Shown here: positions 39,348 to 52,228 of the stretch, piece after piece | How positions within the stretch are numbered: position 1 is the stretch's first letter | Layout of the letters: each line of letters begins with the position of its first letter | From: Eledone cirrhosa | Taxonomy: Eukaryota | Length of the DNA: 64,000 bases | Direction of reading: 5' to 3' | NCBI GenBank assembly: GCA_964016885.1 | Contig: OZ024743.1 | Span: 67,952,001-68,016,000, forward strand | Notes under the pieces: generated by a model | What the model was told of the DNA's origin: nothing | The model's database searches: none | What the model saw: only the letters and a program-made list of their open reading frames with translations | Translations under genes and position numbers: made by a program

Positions 39348-41292
39348 TAAAATATGTCTTTAGAATCACTTGATATAATATATACCAATTCCCCTCCCAA
39401 TTAGTATAATTAACCATATAAAAAATCAATTAGACCAAGCTATAAGAATAAAGGCTCCTATGAAGAAATCTCCGACAAATAACCGAAAGCAGCCCCTTCG
39501 CGGTGGCTACAATAGATTATTTATCTAACATTTCGACAGCATGTAAAAATCGACCAGATATACTGTCAACTAAACACAATTAGGTATAAAAATGAACTTA
39601 GAAGAATTGCGTACATACCTAATTACCTCTCCTATGGTTTCATCCGTATTTTAAGACATCCGATAACAAGGAATGTCCAAAGCTTCGCAATCATCAGGAG
39701 CGAGCTCAAAATAAGACATTTAATTTTCCAAAGTGATCGCGCCAAAAATACATTCAAAAATGGCTAAGAATCGTGACGTGGCAGCGGTCATGTTAGAAAG
39801 GATGTGATTAGTTTCTTACGGCTGGTAGGCTTATTGCTAGAAAGCGCAACCTAATACCGCCAAATTGTATCTCAATCTAACGGGAGATTATTACTTATAA
39901 ATATTTACATATATATATATATAAAGTCATAGATATATATGTGTTTTGCAACCGGTCACGTTGTGGCTCAATGAGAAATTAATAAATTAAATAAAATAAT
40001 CAGAGCTATATATCATAAAATATGTCTTTAGAATCACTAGATATAATATATACCAATTCGTCTCCCAATTAGTATAATTAACCATATAAAAAAATCAATT
40101 AGGCCAAGCTATATGAATAAAGGCTACTATGAAGAAATCTCCGACCAGTAACCGAAAGCAGCCCCTTCGCGGTGGCTACAATAGATTATTTATCTAACAT
40201 ATCGGATGTCTTAAAATACGGATGAAACCATGGTAGAGGTTATTAAGTATGTACGCAATTCTTCTAAGTTCATTTTTTCACCTAATTGTGTTTAGTTGAC
40301 TGTATATCTGGTCGATTCATACATGCTGTCGAATTGTTAGATAAATGATCCGTCATAACCGCCGCGAAGGGGCTGCTTTCGGTTATTTGTCGGAGATTTC
40401 TTCATAGGAGCCTTTATTCTTATAGCTTGGTCTAATTGATTTTTTATATAGTTAATTATGCTAATTGGGAGAGGAAACGGTATATATTTTATCTGGCGAT
40501 TCTAAAGACATATTTTATGATATATAGCTCTGATTATTTAATTTAATAATTTCTCATTGAGCCATAACGTGACCGGTTTAAAACACATTTATATCTATGA
40601 CTTTATATAAATATGTAAATCTTTATATGTAATAATCTCCCGTTAGGTTGAGATACAATTTGGCGGTATTAGGCTGCGCTTTCTAGCAATAAGCCTACCC
40701 GCCGTAAGCAACTAATCACATCCTTTCTAACTTGACCGCTGCCACGTCACGATTCTTAGCCATTTTTGAATGTATTTTTGGCGCGATCACTTTGGAAAAT
40801 TAAATGTCTTATTTTGAGCTCGCTCCTGATGATTGCGAAGCTCTGGACATTCCTTGTTATCGGATGTCTTAAAATACGGATGAAACCATAGTAGAGGTAA
40901 CTAGGTATGTACGCAATTCTTCTAAGTTCATTTTTACACCTAATTGTGTTTAGTTGACTGTATATCTGGCTGGTCGATTTTTACATGCTGTCGAAATGTT
41001 AGATAAATAATCTATTGTAGCCACCGCGAAGGGGCTGCTTTCGGTTATTTGTCGGAGATTTCTTCATAGGAGCCTTTATTCTTATAGCTTGGTCTAATTG
41101 ATTTTTTATATGGTTAATTATACTAATTGGGAGAGGAATTGGTATATATTATATCAAGTGATTCTAAAGACATATTTTATGATATATAGCTCCGATTATT
41201 TAATTTCATTTATTAATTTCTCATTGAGCCACAACGTGACCGGTTGCAAAACACATATATATCTATGACTTTATATATATATGTAAATCTTA
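39345..41292. repeat. Array of about 660-670-bp non-coding monomers with an internal inversion
   Basis: tcataaaatatgtcttt repeats at about 39345 and 40013. Flip at about 40200, then reverse units at 40203 and 40861. Diverged tandem relative at 50305-51200. Confidence 0.88.
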
Positions 41293-41309
41293 ATATGAAT
41301 ATATATATA

Positions 41310-41442
<133 letters not shown>

Positions 41443-41453
41443 CTGTGTGTGTG

Positions 41454-41542
<89 letters not shown>

Positions 41543-42060
41543 TCTCCCATGGAACATTGATACCTACTTACATATATTCAAGCGTGTAAGCATTACATAC
41601 GTACATACGTACATACTTGGATTCATACAATCATTCATTCGTACCAGCTGCATAAAGGCACACCGAATATAGATATTCAAAAATGAATGCTATATTCTGC
41701 ACAAGAAATTCATATAAACATATATTTTATATGCACTTAAATTAATTTAGAATCGTGAAACAGCAACAAGCCACATGTGATTAATTTATTGGTAGCTACC
41801 TTTTCTCTATTCAGATTGTTGAATAGAAAATTAACGAAGTTTACTGTGCATTCCGTGAGCATGAGAAATGTTGATTTAAGTTGAATTAACATTATGGCTA
41901 ATGAATGCTTTATTGACAAGTCGGATTAATCTTAATGAATATTGTTCTTGTTCATGGCGTCTTTGAGTAATTATCCACAGTTATTAATTTGTTTTATCTA
42001 TGTTAATTTAGTGATTCTCTCATCCCTAATTGTATAAGTGCGCTGAAGTTTGTACTTCAC

Positions 42061-42111
42061 CGAGGACGGCTAAATATAGCGGAACGTGTCCAGTGTTATC
42101 TACCATACAGG
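42061..42111 (-). CDS. Candidate 51-nt micro-exon with an ankyrin-like peptide
   Basis: tcatttcAG|cc-CMVDNTGHVPLYLAVL-g|GTgaag resembles the DxxGxTPLxxA ankyrin motif. The donor site is weak. Confidence 0.22.
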
Positions 42112-42793
42112 CTGAAATGATTGAGATAAAATTAAATCTTCTATTGAGATAAAATTAAACACTCTCAATGATTTTCAAATTATTTTGGATGATAGATAAT
42201 CAAACGTTTGAAGGCCATTTTTTCTAATTTTAAGATTCTATTTGGAGACTTAATATTATTTCTGACATACTGACCGATGTGGTTTCAAGTCGCACAGTAT
42301 GAAAAGTGACAATTTTGCATTTTCTCCATCTCGTAGTAATTAAGCTGTGCTTCACAGCGGAGTACTAAAACCGACGAAACATCCTCGGTTTTCTAGAATA
42401 TTAAACTATATCATTCTCCGTATCACCACCAGAGAAACACTACTTTAATGCATACTGGATTAAATATATTATCATAATTTAACTATTAATCAATAATGTT
42501 TAGGTGAATAATTATTTTCAGTTTAGCAATTTTGTATGCTTATATAAGTGTGTGTTTTTGTTAGTGTGTGTCTATATACAGCAGTATGTGTGTTTGTTGT
42601 TGTGTATACAACATGCATAGGAAAAGGTATGCCGATAATACTATGTATTGTTAGATATTCTTGTTGTTTAACCACCCTTTAAAGCAAATCCTACTGAGTT
42701 CTATATGATCCACTAGTATGGGCGCACATTAATTATTTCATTTAGTAAAATGATGTAAAAATCATAATATATATATACATACATATCTGTTAC

Positions 42794-42856
<63 letters not shown>

Positions 42857-43058
42857 ACAGACCCTCCATCTCAAATCTACTTTTGAAAAGAAGAAGAACT
42901 GCGAAACCGGTAAAGGAACCAAATAAATATATATATTCTTTTTAAAATAAGACTCCAGTTGCATTTTCGATTTCATCTTTTTTTCTTTATACTTTCACTC
43001 GTGTAGGACACCTCGGTTATTTTTCATTTTGTAAAAAATAACCTCACTTTCTAATATA

Positions 43059-43089
<31 letters not shown>

Positions 43090-45655
43090 GACAAGTAAGT
43101 ATGTTTTGAAACAGTGAGCAGGTTTGAAATTAGAAAATAGAATAGCTTTCACCGTATTTTTTACTAAATAAATTTTAGTCTGATAATGGGGTTTAGAACC
43201 CTCAGATAAATGGAAAAAGAAGAATATTGACGTACATATATATATATATATGTTTGCGTGTACCTGTGTCATAAATATACATTGTTGAAACAACAAATGG
43301 AAAGGTAATATGATTGATAACAGAAAGTATATCATGTGTTCAGATATATTTAAACACATATATCCACACAAGTGCATGCATTCTCACAATCCATATATAT
43401 ATACATATATATATACACGTGTGCGTGCGTGTGTGTGTGTGTGTGTGCATATATATATATATTCATATGTATATATATATATATTCATATGTGTATGTGT
43501 GTATTTATATTTTTCTTATATTCATATTTATACAGATTACATTGTATTACGTCATGTTATATTATATTATATCATATTATATGACATTATATATAATATT
43601 ATGTTATAATGTGCGGTTTTCGATTATCAAATGTTACATTGTGAATATCAAACAGACAAAATGAACACAGGAGATTAGTATAATTCATAGGGAGAGATAT
43701 AAAGAAGAAAATTTACCAATGATAAAGATGGACGTACATATATCTTCCTCTGTTTCTATCAGTTTCTAACATAATTTACAATAGATATATATTCTTTGTG
43801 TCTCTAATGTTATTGTCAGGAAATTATCAGAATCTGTAAAGAGGATGACAAAATATTTTGCTTAGTTTTGTTACATCTCTTTTCGTCGTGAGCTCAAATC
43901 TCGTCGGATTAACATTTTAGTTTCCTCCTGCAAAAGATCATTTTAGAATTTTAGTGCAATTCAAATATCACTGACGAATACAGAACTCTCGTATGTTAGT
44001 GAACAGATGCAGCTTTTATCTATATAGTTATTCGTCAAAAAATGCTTCAGCAATGCTGGTATAGCCATTGCCTCCGTCTCTCTCGCTCTTACCATCTTTC
44101 ACTATTGTAAGCAAATGTGGACCCACGCGCTGGCCACCCTGCGACCCGGTGGTCTGAATAGAGAAGGCGTGGTGAGGGAAACGCGTTGGAAGAGCCATCC
44201 AGCTCACGAGATTCACACTTGCAGTTAGCTTACTGCGTGCCTATGTTGGTGAGTAGGGAGGTGGTCCTAGGGCCAAGGCAACCAAAAGTGTCCACTGCTA
44301 AAATACTGTATTAATTTACATTCCTGTAATGCATCTTATACCAGAATCGAATTAGAAAAGAAGACTAAGACACAAATATTAAGAGGACGTATCATGATGG
44401 AATAGTTATGAAATTTCGGGTTTCGATCCCACAGCATGTCAACATGGTCATATATAGTTTACTCTGTTCTAGGGTGGGTGGGGTAGCATTTTAACAACAT
44501 GGAATGGAAACTGTTCAGAAACATCTATGATGGATTTGGTCTATTGTTGAACTGGTCAATCCATTCACACACTGTGTCACCCCCCCCCCCCCCCACCACA
44601 CACACACACATACACACACACACTCACACACACATATATATATACATATATATGTGTGTGCGTGTACCATTGATCTTCCACAAACAACCTTTCCCAGACC
44701 TGTACCTCTGGGGTGAAATTTCAACGTGCAAATCTGTTGGTCGTTCGTGGCCGAAGGGGGCCGTTACAATTTAACCCCTTACGAGGGATAATAACGAGAT
44801 ATTTGCCAGTATCAATTATGCTAGCGATCTGTTGATGTTGATTAAAAGTTCGAAAAATATAATGCTAGAAATGGCGGTGCCACAGCATGGCCTGTCAACT
44901 GGAGCACGTATTAGAATAAAAGATTGGATTTATTAGCTGTAACATTAACATTACATGGTTAGTATTTGAGGAGTATCTGAAAGTTTATACGACATGTTTA
45001 TGTATTCTCGGGTCTCAAATAGAGGAAAATACATGCGGGATGGGGGTGGGCATTCGATTAATTTTTTATAAGCGGGTGTAATAAATGGGGTGGAGGAATC
45101 GGTAATTATATAGTGAAAGTTTCTCGTAATACATTAATTTTTTTTGTCATATATAATGTTTTTTAATGTAAAATAAAATAGTTATTAGATTCTCCAGCTG
45201 TGGTATCAATACGAATCATTTACAATAAAATTTCGCATGAGATAGATTAGCAAAATCTTATAAGTGGGGTGGTTGTGGTGGAAAAAGTCTGATAAATTAA
45301 TAAGTAGTGTGGAAGGGCGGAAATTTTGCAGCACCTGAGAGTTCATGAAATATTGGTTGGCGATGCTCATTTGCATATAGGACAAATCAGATATCTACTG
45401 CAGAACATAACATGGTTTATATTATTAAATGGCTTAATGAGAGAGGGAAATTGATGGAGCTTAGTTATTAGATTATTACCTGTTAATAATTGGTATTAAA
45501 GATGAAGAGAAGTTATGCCAAACCATTCAAATTTAATGTGGCTAGAATAAAAATGGAGTCTACTGAATACTTGAAGCAACTGAGGTAAGATATTGGGAGT
45601 AATGGCAATGTGAACAGTTATATGGAGGGTCAATGATCTCTCGATACACACAATC

Positions 45656-45698
<43 letters not shown>

Positions 45699-45746
45699 TA
45701 TGTGGGTGTGCAATTGTGTGTATACATACACATATTATGTATATAA

Positions 45747-45819
<73 letters not shown>

Positions 45820-45820
45820 A

Positions 45821-45858
<38 letters not shown>

Positions 45859-46200
45859 ACAGAAAACAAGCATGCGCAGAGAAGAAGACATAAATAAATA
45901 AATAAATAAATAAACAGAATAAATAGAGATGGCGTAGACATACAATGCAACAGGAGGAAACATAATAGCACCGCTGACGATGTTGCAGAAGTGCAACGAA
46001 AGAACTTTGTTAGACTATATATATGTTTGTATCTATATTATATCTGTATTTTTGGCTGTTGGTCAGTCAATGGTAAACATTGAGGACCGAATAAATTAAC
46101 TGATATAACAGATACAGAAGCGAAAACCAACCAAACAGTGAGTGTGTTCTGTTATTAATTCTGGCAATATTATTACAACAATATCACCCACCCCAAGTAT

Positions 46201-46236
<36 letters not shown>

Positions 46237-46436
46237 AAAGTTGTATTTAAATGCCAAATCAACTTTTCAAATACAAGTCGATGTTGAACGGTATGTCAAA
46301 TCTATTTATCTATAAAACTGTATGTATTGTATTTTGTCTGAGGAAGGCATAGCATATTGTTAATATGATATCCCTGAAATATATATGATGAAATAAATAT
46401 GGTTTTATAAATATAGTTTCCATTTATTTAATATCG

Positions 46437-46474
<38 letters not shown>

Positions 46475-46478
46475 GTGT

Positions 46479-46557
<79 letters not shown>

Positions 46558-46751
46558 CATATATATATATAATACATTAACAGAGAAAGCTTTAAGCGAT
46601 ACTCTGACCAACTCCATCTCACTCAACAAACATTAGGATATACCTAAGTATAATCCCAATTAAGTGTTTGGGGTGCTAACTATATAGTATTTCGTGGTAA
46701 GTTTGTTGTATTATTTTATATGAAACATAATTAAATAAATCTCTCTTTCTT

Positions 46752-46874
46752 TCCATACGATCGTTTCGTTATAAGATTTCTACAAGTTGGGATAAATAAT
46801 GTCCAAGTTATGTAGAAACTTGTATATAATCCATAGATATACACACAAGCTGGCCCTTATAACTCATCAGTGGA
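46752..46874 (-). ncRNA. Type I hammerhead ribozyme with canonical core and large branched stem-II insertion
   Basis: tcca-CTGATGA-gttataag..(80 nt)..cttataac-GAAA-cgatcg-TA-tgga. Confidence 0.8.
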
Positions 46875-47279
46875 TGCCCATGCAATATCGATATAAAAAA
46901 TTACATCAATATTAATAATTAGTGTTGGTATCCGTCAGTGCTAGAAAGACAGCTAAATTTGAAAAGCCATTAGTCCTTCAAAGAGAAAATTCACACTGTT
47001 CCCAAAAGGGAAAGGGGAGGTCATCGTAAAATATAAAATAATATACACGCTGGTCATTGAAGCTTGTTAGGTATTTTAACCACGTGTTTAAGAAATAAAT
47101 TGGATATTAAAAAAATAAATATATGTATGTACCATCTACAGACACATAGAGATATTTAAAAAATAATAAATATATGTACGATATATATATATACATATAT
47201 ATGTATGCATATATATATGTGGGTGTGTGTGTGTTTGTATAAGTTGGTTAACTGAATAAATGGTTCACATCAAGTATTA

Positions 47280-48230
47280 GGAAATATACCACAGGTATAT
47301 TTAACTCGAGAGGCGAACTTCTAGCCGAATTTTGTACGTAGAACAATATGCAGATCAACACTTTGTTTCAAATGAAACACCTGTTCGCTTGGATATCACC
47401 AGACAGTATAACTAAGAATCAAATAGATTTATAATTGCAAGAGAATCTTGAGCAAGACTAAGCTTGTTAGACAGCACTGCTCTTAACAATCCTGATGTAT
47501 CTGACAACGTGTGGTGTGAACAAGATTTAATATCAACAAAGAACTAAAATACCATCGAAAGTTAACTTAGACAAACTCTCATCTAATGTAACGAAATAGC
47601 AAGCTGATTCAAACTCGAGTTCCAACTCGCTTTTCAGCTTTGCAATTTGATGAGGACCGCGACAAGATATTTGATACTATCTGCAGAGGCATAAAAGAAG
47701 TATCTGAAGTGATTTTACTTAAGGAAAGCCTTTCTATCCCATAGTGGATGTCACAAAAAACAAAGAAAGCAATATCTGAAAAACATAGAATCAGCAGAGA
47801 ATGTGGCCACACATCAGCCCAATATAGAATAGCAAAGGCTGACTCCAAAAAGTTAATTGAATCAGACAAACGTAAGCAAATGTACAATAACATTGAGGAG
47901 CTGAATAACCTGCAACCCAACAGGTTATATCATGCTGTTCTGAAGAAACTAAAGACTAAACCAAGAAATCTTAGCTGGGGCATTAAAGTTTCAAACGATA
48001 CTATCCTTACTTCCAAAGATGGTATCCTTGAACGCTGGGCTAAATTTTATGAAGAACTGTACTTCAGCAACTCAGAACCAACAACCATTCATGATTTGAC
48101 ATCAGTCGCTCTTCCATCTATCTTAGCCAGCGAGATATATCATGCCATCAGAAGTTTGAAGGGAGGAAAAAGCCCAGGGGTGGACATCATATACTCAGAA
48201 TTCTTCAAACCTCTTCAAGTGTCAATCACG
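47280..48230 (+). pseudogene. Degenerate RTE-like LINE fragment (APE end to RT start); possible inverted C-terminal piece at 48230-48660
   Basis: Motifs WISPD..TKNQIDF, ILERWAKFYEELY and EIYHAIRSLKGGKSPGVD. Confidence 0.7.
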
Positions 48231-48696
48231 AAAGAGTTACATGGCCTGTCTTTAACGCCGCCATGAACGCTAGATTATCTGCATGGTGTGCACAATATTC
48301 CATGAGATTTGCCCAAATGATGTTGGCATCACCTTTATACTACACTCACGTCTTGTGTCCCGTGCTATCCGCTCACAACAAAAATCAACCTCGCATATCA
48401 TAACAAGAGTACGGCACAATTATTTCACCTAAATTGGCCCCGCTCTCTTTAACATTACACCAAAACATATTAAGACAGAAACAGACCCCATAAAGTTCAA
48501 GAAGTCTTTGGACAAATTCGTTCATGAAATCCCGGATAAACCTCCTATACTCGGGTATGTCTCCGCAAATATGCACTCTCTACTTGAGTGGGTCATGGTG
48601 ATCAAATTCTAACTTGAAAGACTTCGCCAGGTGGTGTTATTAAGTTAGACATAGCCTGAGTCAATACTGGCCGAAACTTATCACATTTATCAAAGT

Positions 48697-48788
<92 letters not shown>

Positions 48789-49027
48789 CTTAAAAGTGGA
48801 ATGAGAATAACAAGAAAGCAAGAACGGTCGGGGCGGGTCCTCATCAGTTGTCTTCTGTGGGTCTCGGATATTTCACCGCTTTGAAGACAATATATCTACC
48901 CCCAGAGCGTTTAATAACTGTGTAAGTTATCGGGAATACGGAGGAGGGAGAGAAGGAAAATAGAAGGGGAAAAGGGAGGAAAAGAGCAAACAGCGAAAAA
49001 ACAAACAAACCGAGGAATATGCAAGCA

Positions 49028-49101
<74 letters not shown>

Positions 49102-49869
49102 ATACTTTAATCTGTTATTTTAATAACTATATATATACCGGTATATATATATCTATATATGTATATATATAAATTTAGACATACAAACAGATTGATATAT
49201 ATTTATATATTACATATAAGCAACAATCCATGCAGAAGTTTACTAAATTACCTAGTATATAATGATACAGTAATACCTGAGGGCTGTGCTTCAGTTTACC
49301 ATTCATAACAGGAAAATGTAGACATTTACGAATGGACAATTTCCTAAGTTTTTGGCAAGTATGGTTTTTTTTTTTCTTTTCAAGCATTTGGTAAATGGAG
49401 ATGTTCTTCTCCAGCAGAGTAAGGAACCTTTTGAGGATAGGTCGGTAATGTTATTGTAACATAGTTATTAGTTGTATATCTCGAGAGGGAAATATGGTGA
49501 TAAGATAATATGTTCGCTTATACATTGATCTGTTTCGGATAATATTTCTCTAAATGAAATTCTCTCCAATGAATTTTCCTATCAAGCAGTGCCTTGTGGG
49601 TGTGTTTGGAGGTGTGTGTGTGTGTGTATGTGGGGGGATGTGGCATACTCATGCGTATATTTCAATATGTATATGTCAATCTGTGTATTTCATTAAGCGT
49701 GTGTATTCCCCTGTGTATATGTGTGTGTATTTTGCAACTTCATGTGCTTGTATGTTTGAGTTTCTGCTTTTGGATGTGTTTCACTGTTTATGTTTCTGTG
49801 CCTCTTTGTATGTGTATGTGTGTATGCATGAAGTAGCTTATATGTGTATATGTTTGTGTGCATGTGCGT

Positions 49870-50035
49870 AAGTGGACGCCCGCATGACTTAGGGGTAAAT
49901 GAGTTCACTCACCAATCATGTCATCTTGGTTTTGAGTTCGATTTCACTTGGTTGCGTGAATTTCCGATAGCCTCGAGATCAACTGAACATTTTGCATAGA
50001 ATTCGGTAGACGGAACCTATATAGAAGCCAGTCAG
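49870..50035 (+). mobile_element. Degenerate tRNA-derived SINE
   Basis: gagttcgattt B-box-like segment and a 3' ggtagacggaacc..agaagcc segment that I recall from octopus SINE tails. Confidence 0.4.
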
Positions 50036-50304
50036 ATGAGATTCCTCTCTAATTCAATGGTCCAGCCTTTTCAACTATTTTGTAACACAGATTCATCCTG
50101 AGAATTATCTTAAGGTTTCATATGTCTATGGAATACGCAACCACATATACGTTAATTCATATGCCCGATGCATTCTTGCATATATATTCAATTATTTACA
50201 CACACGCACACACACATACACACACACATACACACACACACAGACACCCCCCCACACACACACGCCCCCCCCCCATATATATATATATATATATATATAT
50301 GTAT

Positions 50305-51200
50305 TATACTATAAATTATGTCCTTAGAATCATTTGATAAGATATACTCAATTTTCTCTCCCAATTACCATTATCAACCACACAAGAAAAACAATTAAAC
50401 CAGGCTATAAGATTAAAAGGCACCTGTGAAGAAATAATAGATGAATACACGATAGCCATTTATTCGTGATCAACAGCCATAGAATATTTACACATCATTT
50501 CAATAGCACGTGGAAATCGATTAAATATATCGTCAACCATATACAATTAGGTATAAAATTAAAGTTAGAAGAAAAAAATGCATATACACATACCAGGATT
50601 AAGTTTCTACCCTTAGGGTGTCGTGCGCTTTCGAAAATATCCTATCAAGGATAAATTCTCGAGCTTCGAACTCATCAGGAAACAAACTCGATTGGACAAA
50701 GATTTTTCTTAAATGATCCCCGCTAGAAACGAATTCAAAATGATTAAGAACTGTGACGTGGCAGTGGTCAAGTCAGAAAAAATGTGATTGGTGGCTTACG
50801 GCTAGTAGGCTGGTTGCTAGAAAGCGCAGCCTAATATTGCCCAAATTGCATCTCAACCTTATGGGAGATTATCAAATATAAAGATATACATATACACAAA
50901 CTAGACAGAGGTATAGATATGTTTGTTGCAACCATTCACGATATGGCTCAATGATGAATTAATAAATTAAATAATCAGAGCAATATACTATAAATTATGT
51001 CCTTAGAATCAACCACACAAACAAAAAAACAATTAAACCAGGCTATAAGATTAAAAGGCACCTGTGAAGAAATAATAGATAAATAAACGATAGCCATTTA
51101 TTCGTAATCAATAGCCATAGAATATTTACCCATCATTTCAATAGCACGTGTAAATCGATTAAATATATCGTCAACCATGCACAATTAGGTATACAATTAA
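50305..51200. repeat. Diverged relative (about 1.3 units) of the 39.3-41.3 kb monomer
   Basis: Shared tgacgtggcag..gctagaaagcgcagcctaata..tctcaac. The unit restarts at about 50985. Confidence 0.75.
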
Positions 51201-51662
51201 AGTATATGTATTATATATATATTATATATCAAAATGAGTAAAAAGTAAAATTCTAGGACTATAAACAAGATAGACGAAAACGTTTTTCTATTTCACTTCA
51301 ATCTTTGGGTATTAGAGACTAAATAAATGTTATATATATATATATATATAACGGCATATATATATATAAAACGGCATTCCTGTTTTAACGACATCACAAC
51401 TTTCTCCGGCTTAGCCTGTTCCCCCCCCCCCCTTTTGGAACTTTCCCCCGTTGATGGGCGTGAGCCCGAAATATTGGGATTAAATCTCCACTACGGTAAC
51501 CCTTCTACCTTTGTTTTGTTTTCATCTTTGTCTCTCTCAATTTGCACTTTCTCCTATTTCTCCTATCTATCATTCACTTCCTACCTCGAGATTTCCCTCT
51601 GCATTGTTGTGGCTTTCTAAACTACGTATTTTATATATATATATATTTAAATATATATATAC

Positions 51663-51726
<64 letters not shown>

Positions 51727-51729
<3 letters not shown>

Positions 51730-52116
51730 TAAACGGAATAGAAAATGCTGAAAAATTGTTCACAGTTGAAAAATGGTTTAATTAGGAATAAAAGAGTATT
51801 AGTGATTGTATGGGTTAGTATTCAGTTGTGGTTTTAAGTTTTTAATTTTTTACCGGTTGCGCATTTCTAAATGCTTTTCAAAAATAATTTTGAGATAGAG
51901 TGTCCGTGTTGTTTGCTCTGATCAGAGCAAACAACACGGACACTCTAATTCAAAATTATTTTTGAAAAGCATTTACAAATGCGCAACCGGTAAAAACTTA
52001 AAAACTTAAAACCACAACTGAATACTAACCCATACAATCACTAATACTCTTTCATTCCTAAATAAACCATTTTTCAACTGTGAACAATTTGTCAGCATTT
52101 TCTATTCCGTTTACCA
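51727..52116. repeat. Spacer-less palindrome (195-bp arms) of the Neptune-like PLE terminus
   Basis: Centre ctctga|tcagag at 51921/51922, with few mismatches between arms. Confidence 0.92.
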
Positions 52117-52152
52117 CTATATAATAACTTGTGTGTTACACCTCTATTCTTT

Positions 52153-52225
<73 letters not shown>

Positions 52226-52228
<3 letters not shown>

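Noticed and set aside
44028-44300. GC-richer island with a 62-aa ORF
   Set aside because: No recognisable motif or splice signals. Probably a repeat remnant.
45502-45584. Plus-strand exon candidate [28 protein letters not shown]|gtaaga, and another after the polypyrimidine tract at about 49385
   Set aside because: No recognisable homology, and the phases of the two candidates do not join.
48820-48860. Minus-strand CTGATGA-ggac
   Set aside because: No matching gtcc-GAAA before the (TA)n tract.
51443-51480. gggc-gtga-gccc-GAAA hairpin
   Set aside because: The upstream core reads ttgat rather than CTGANGA.
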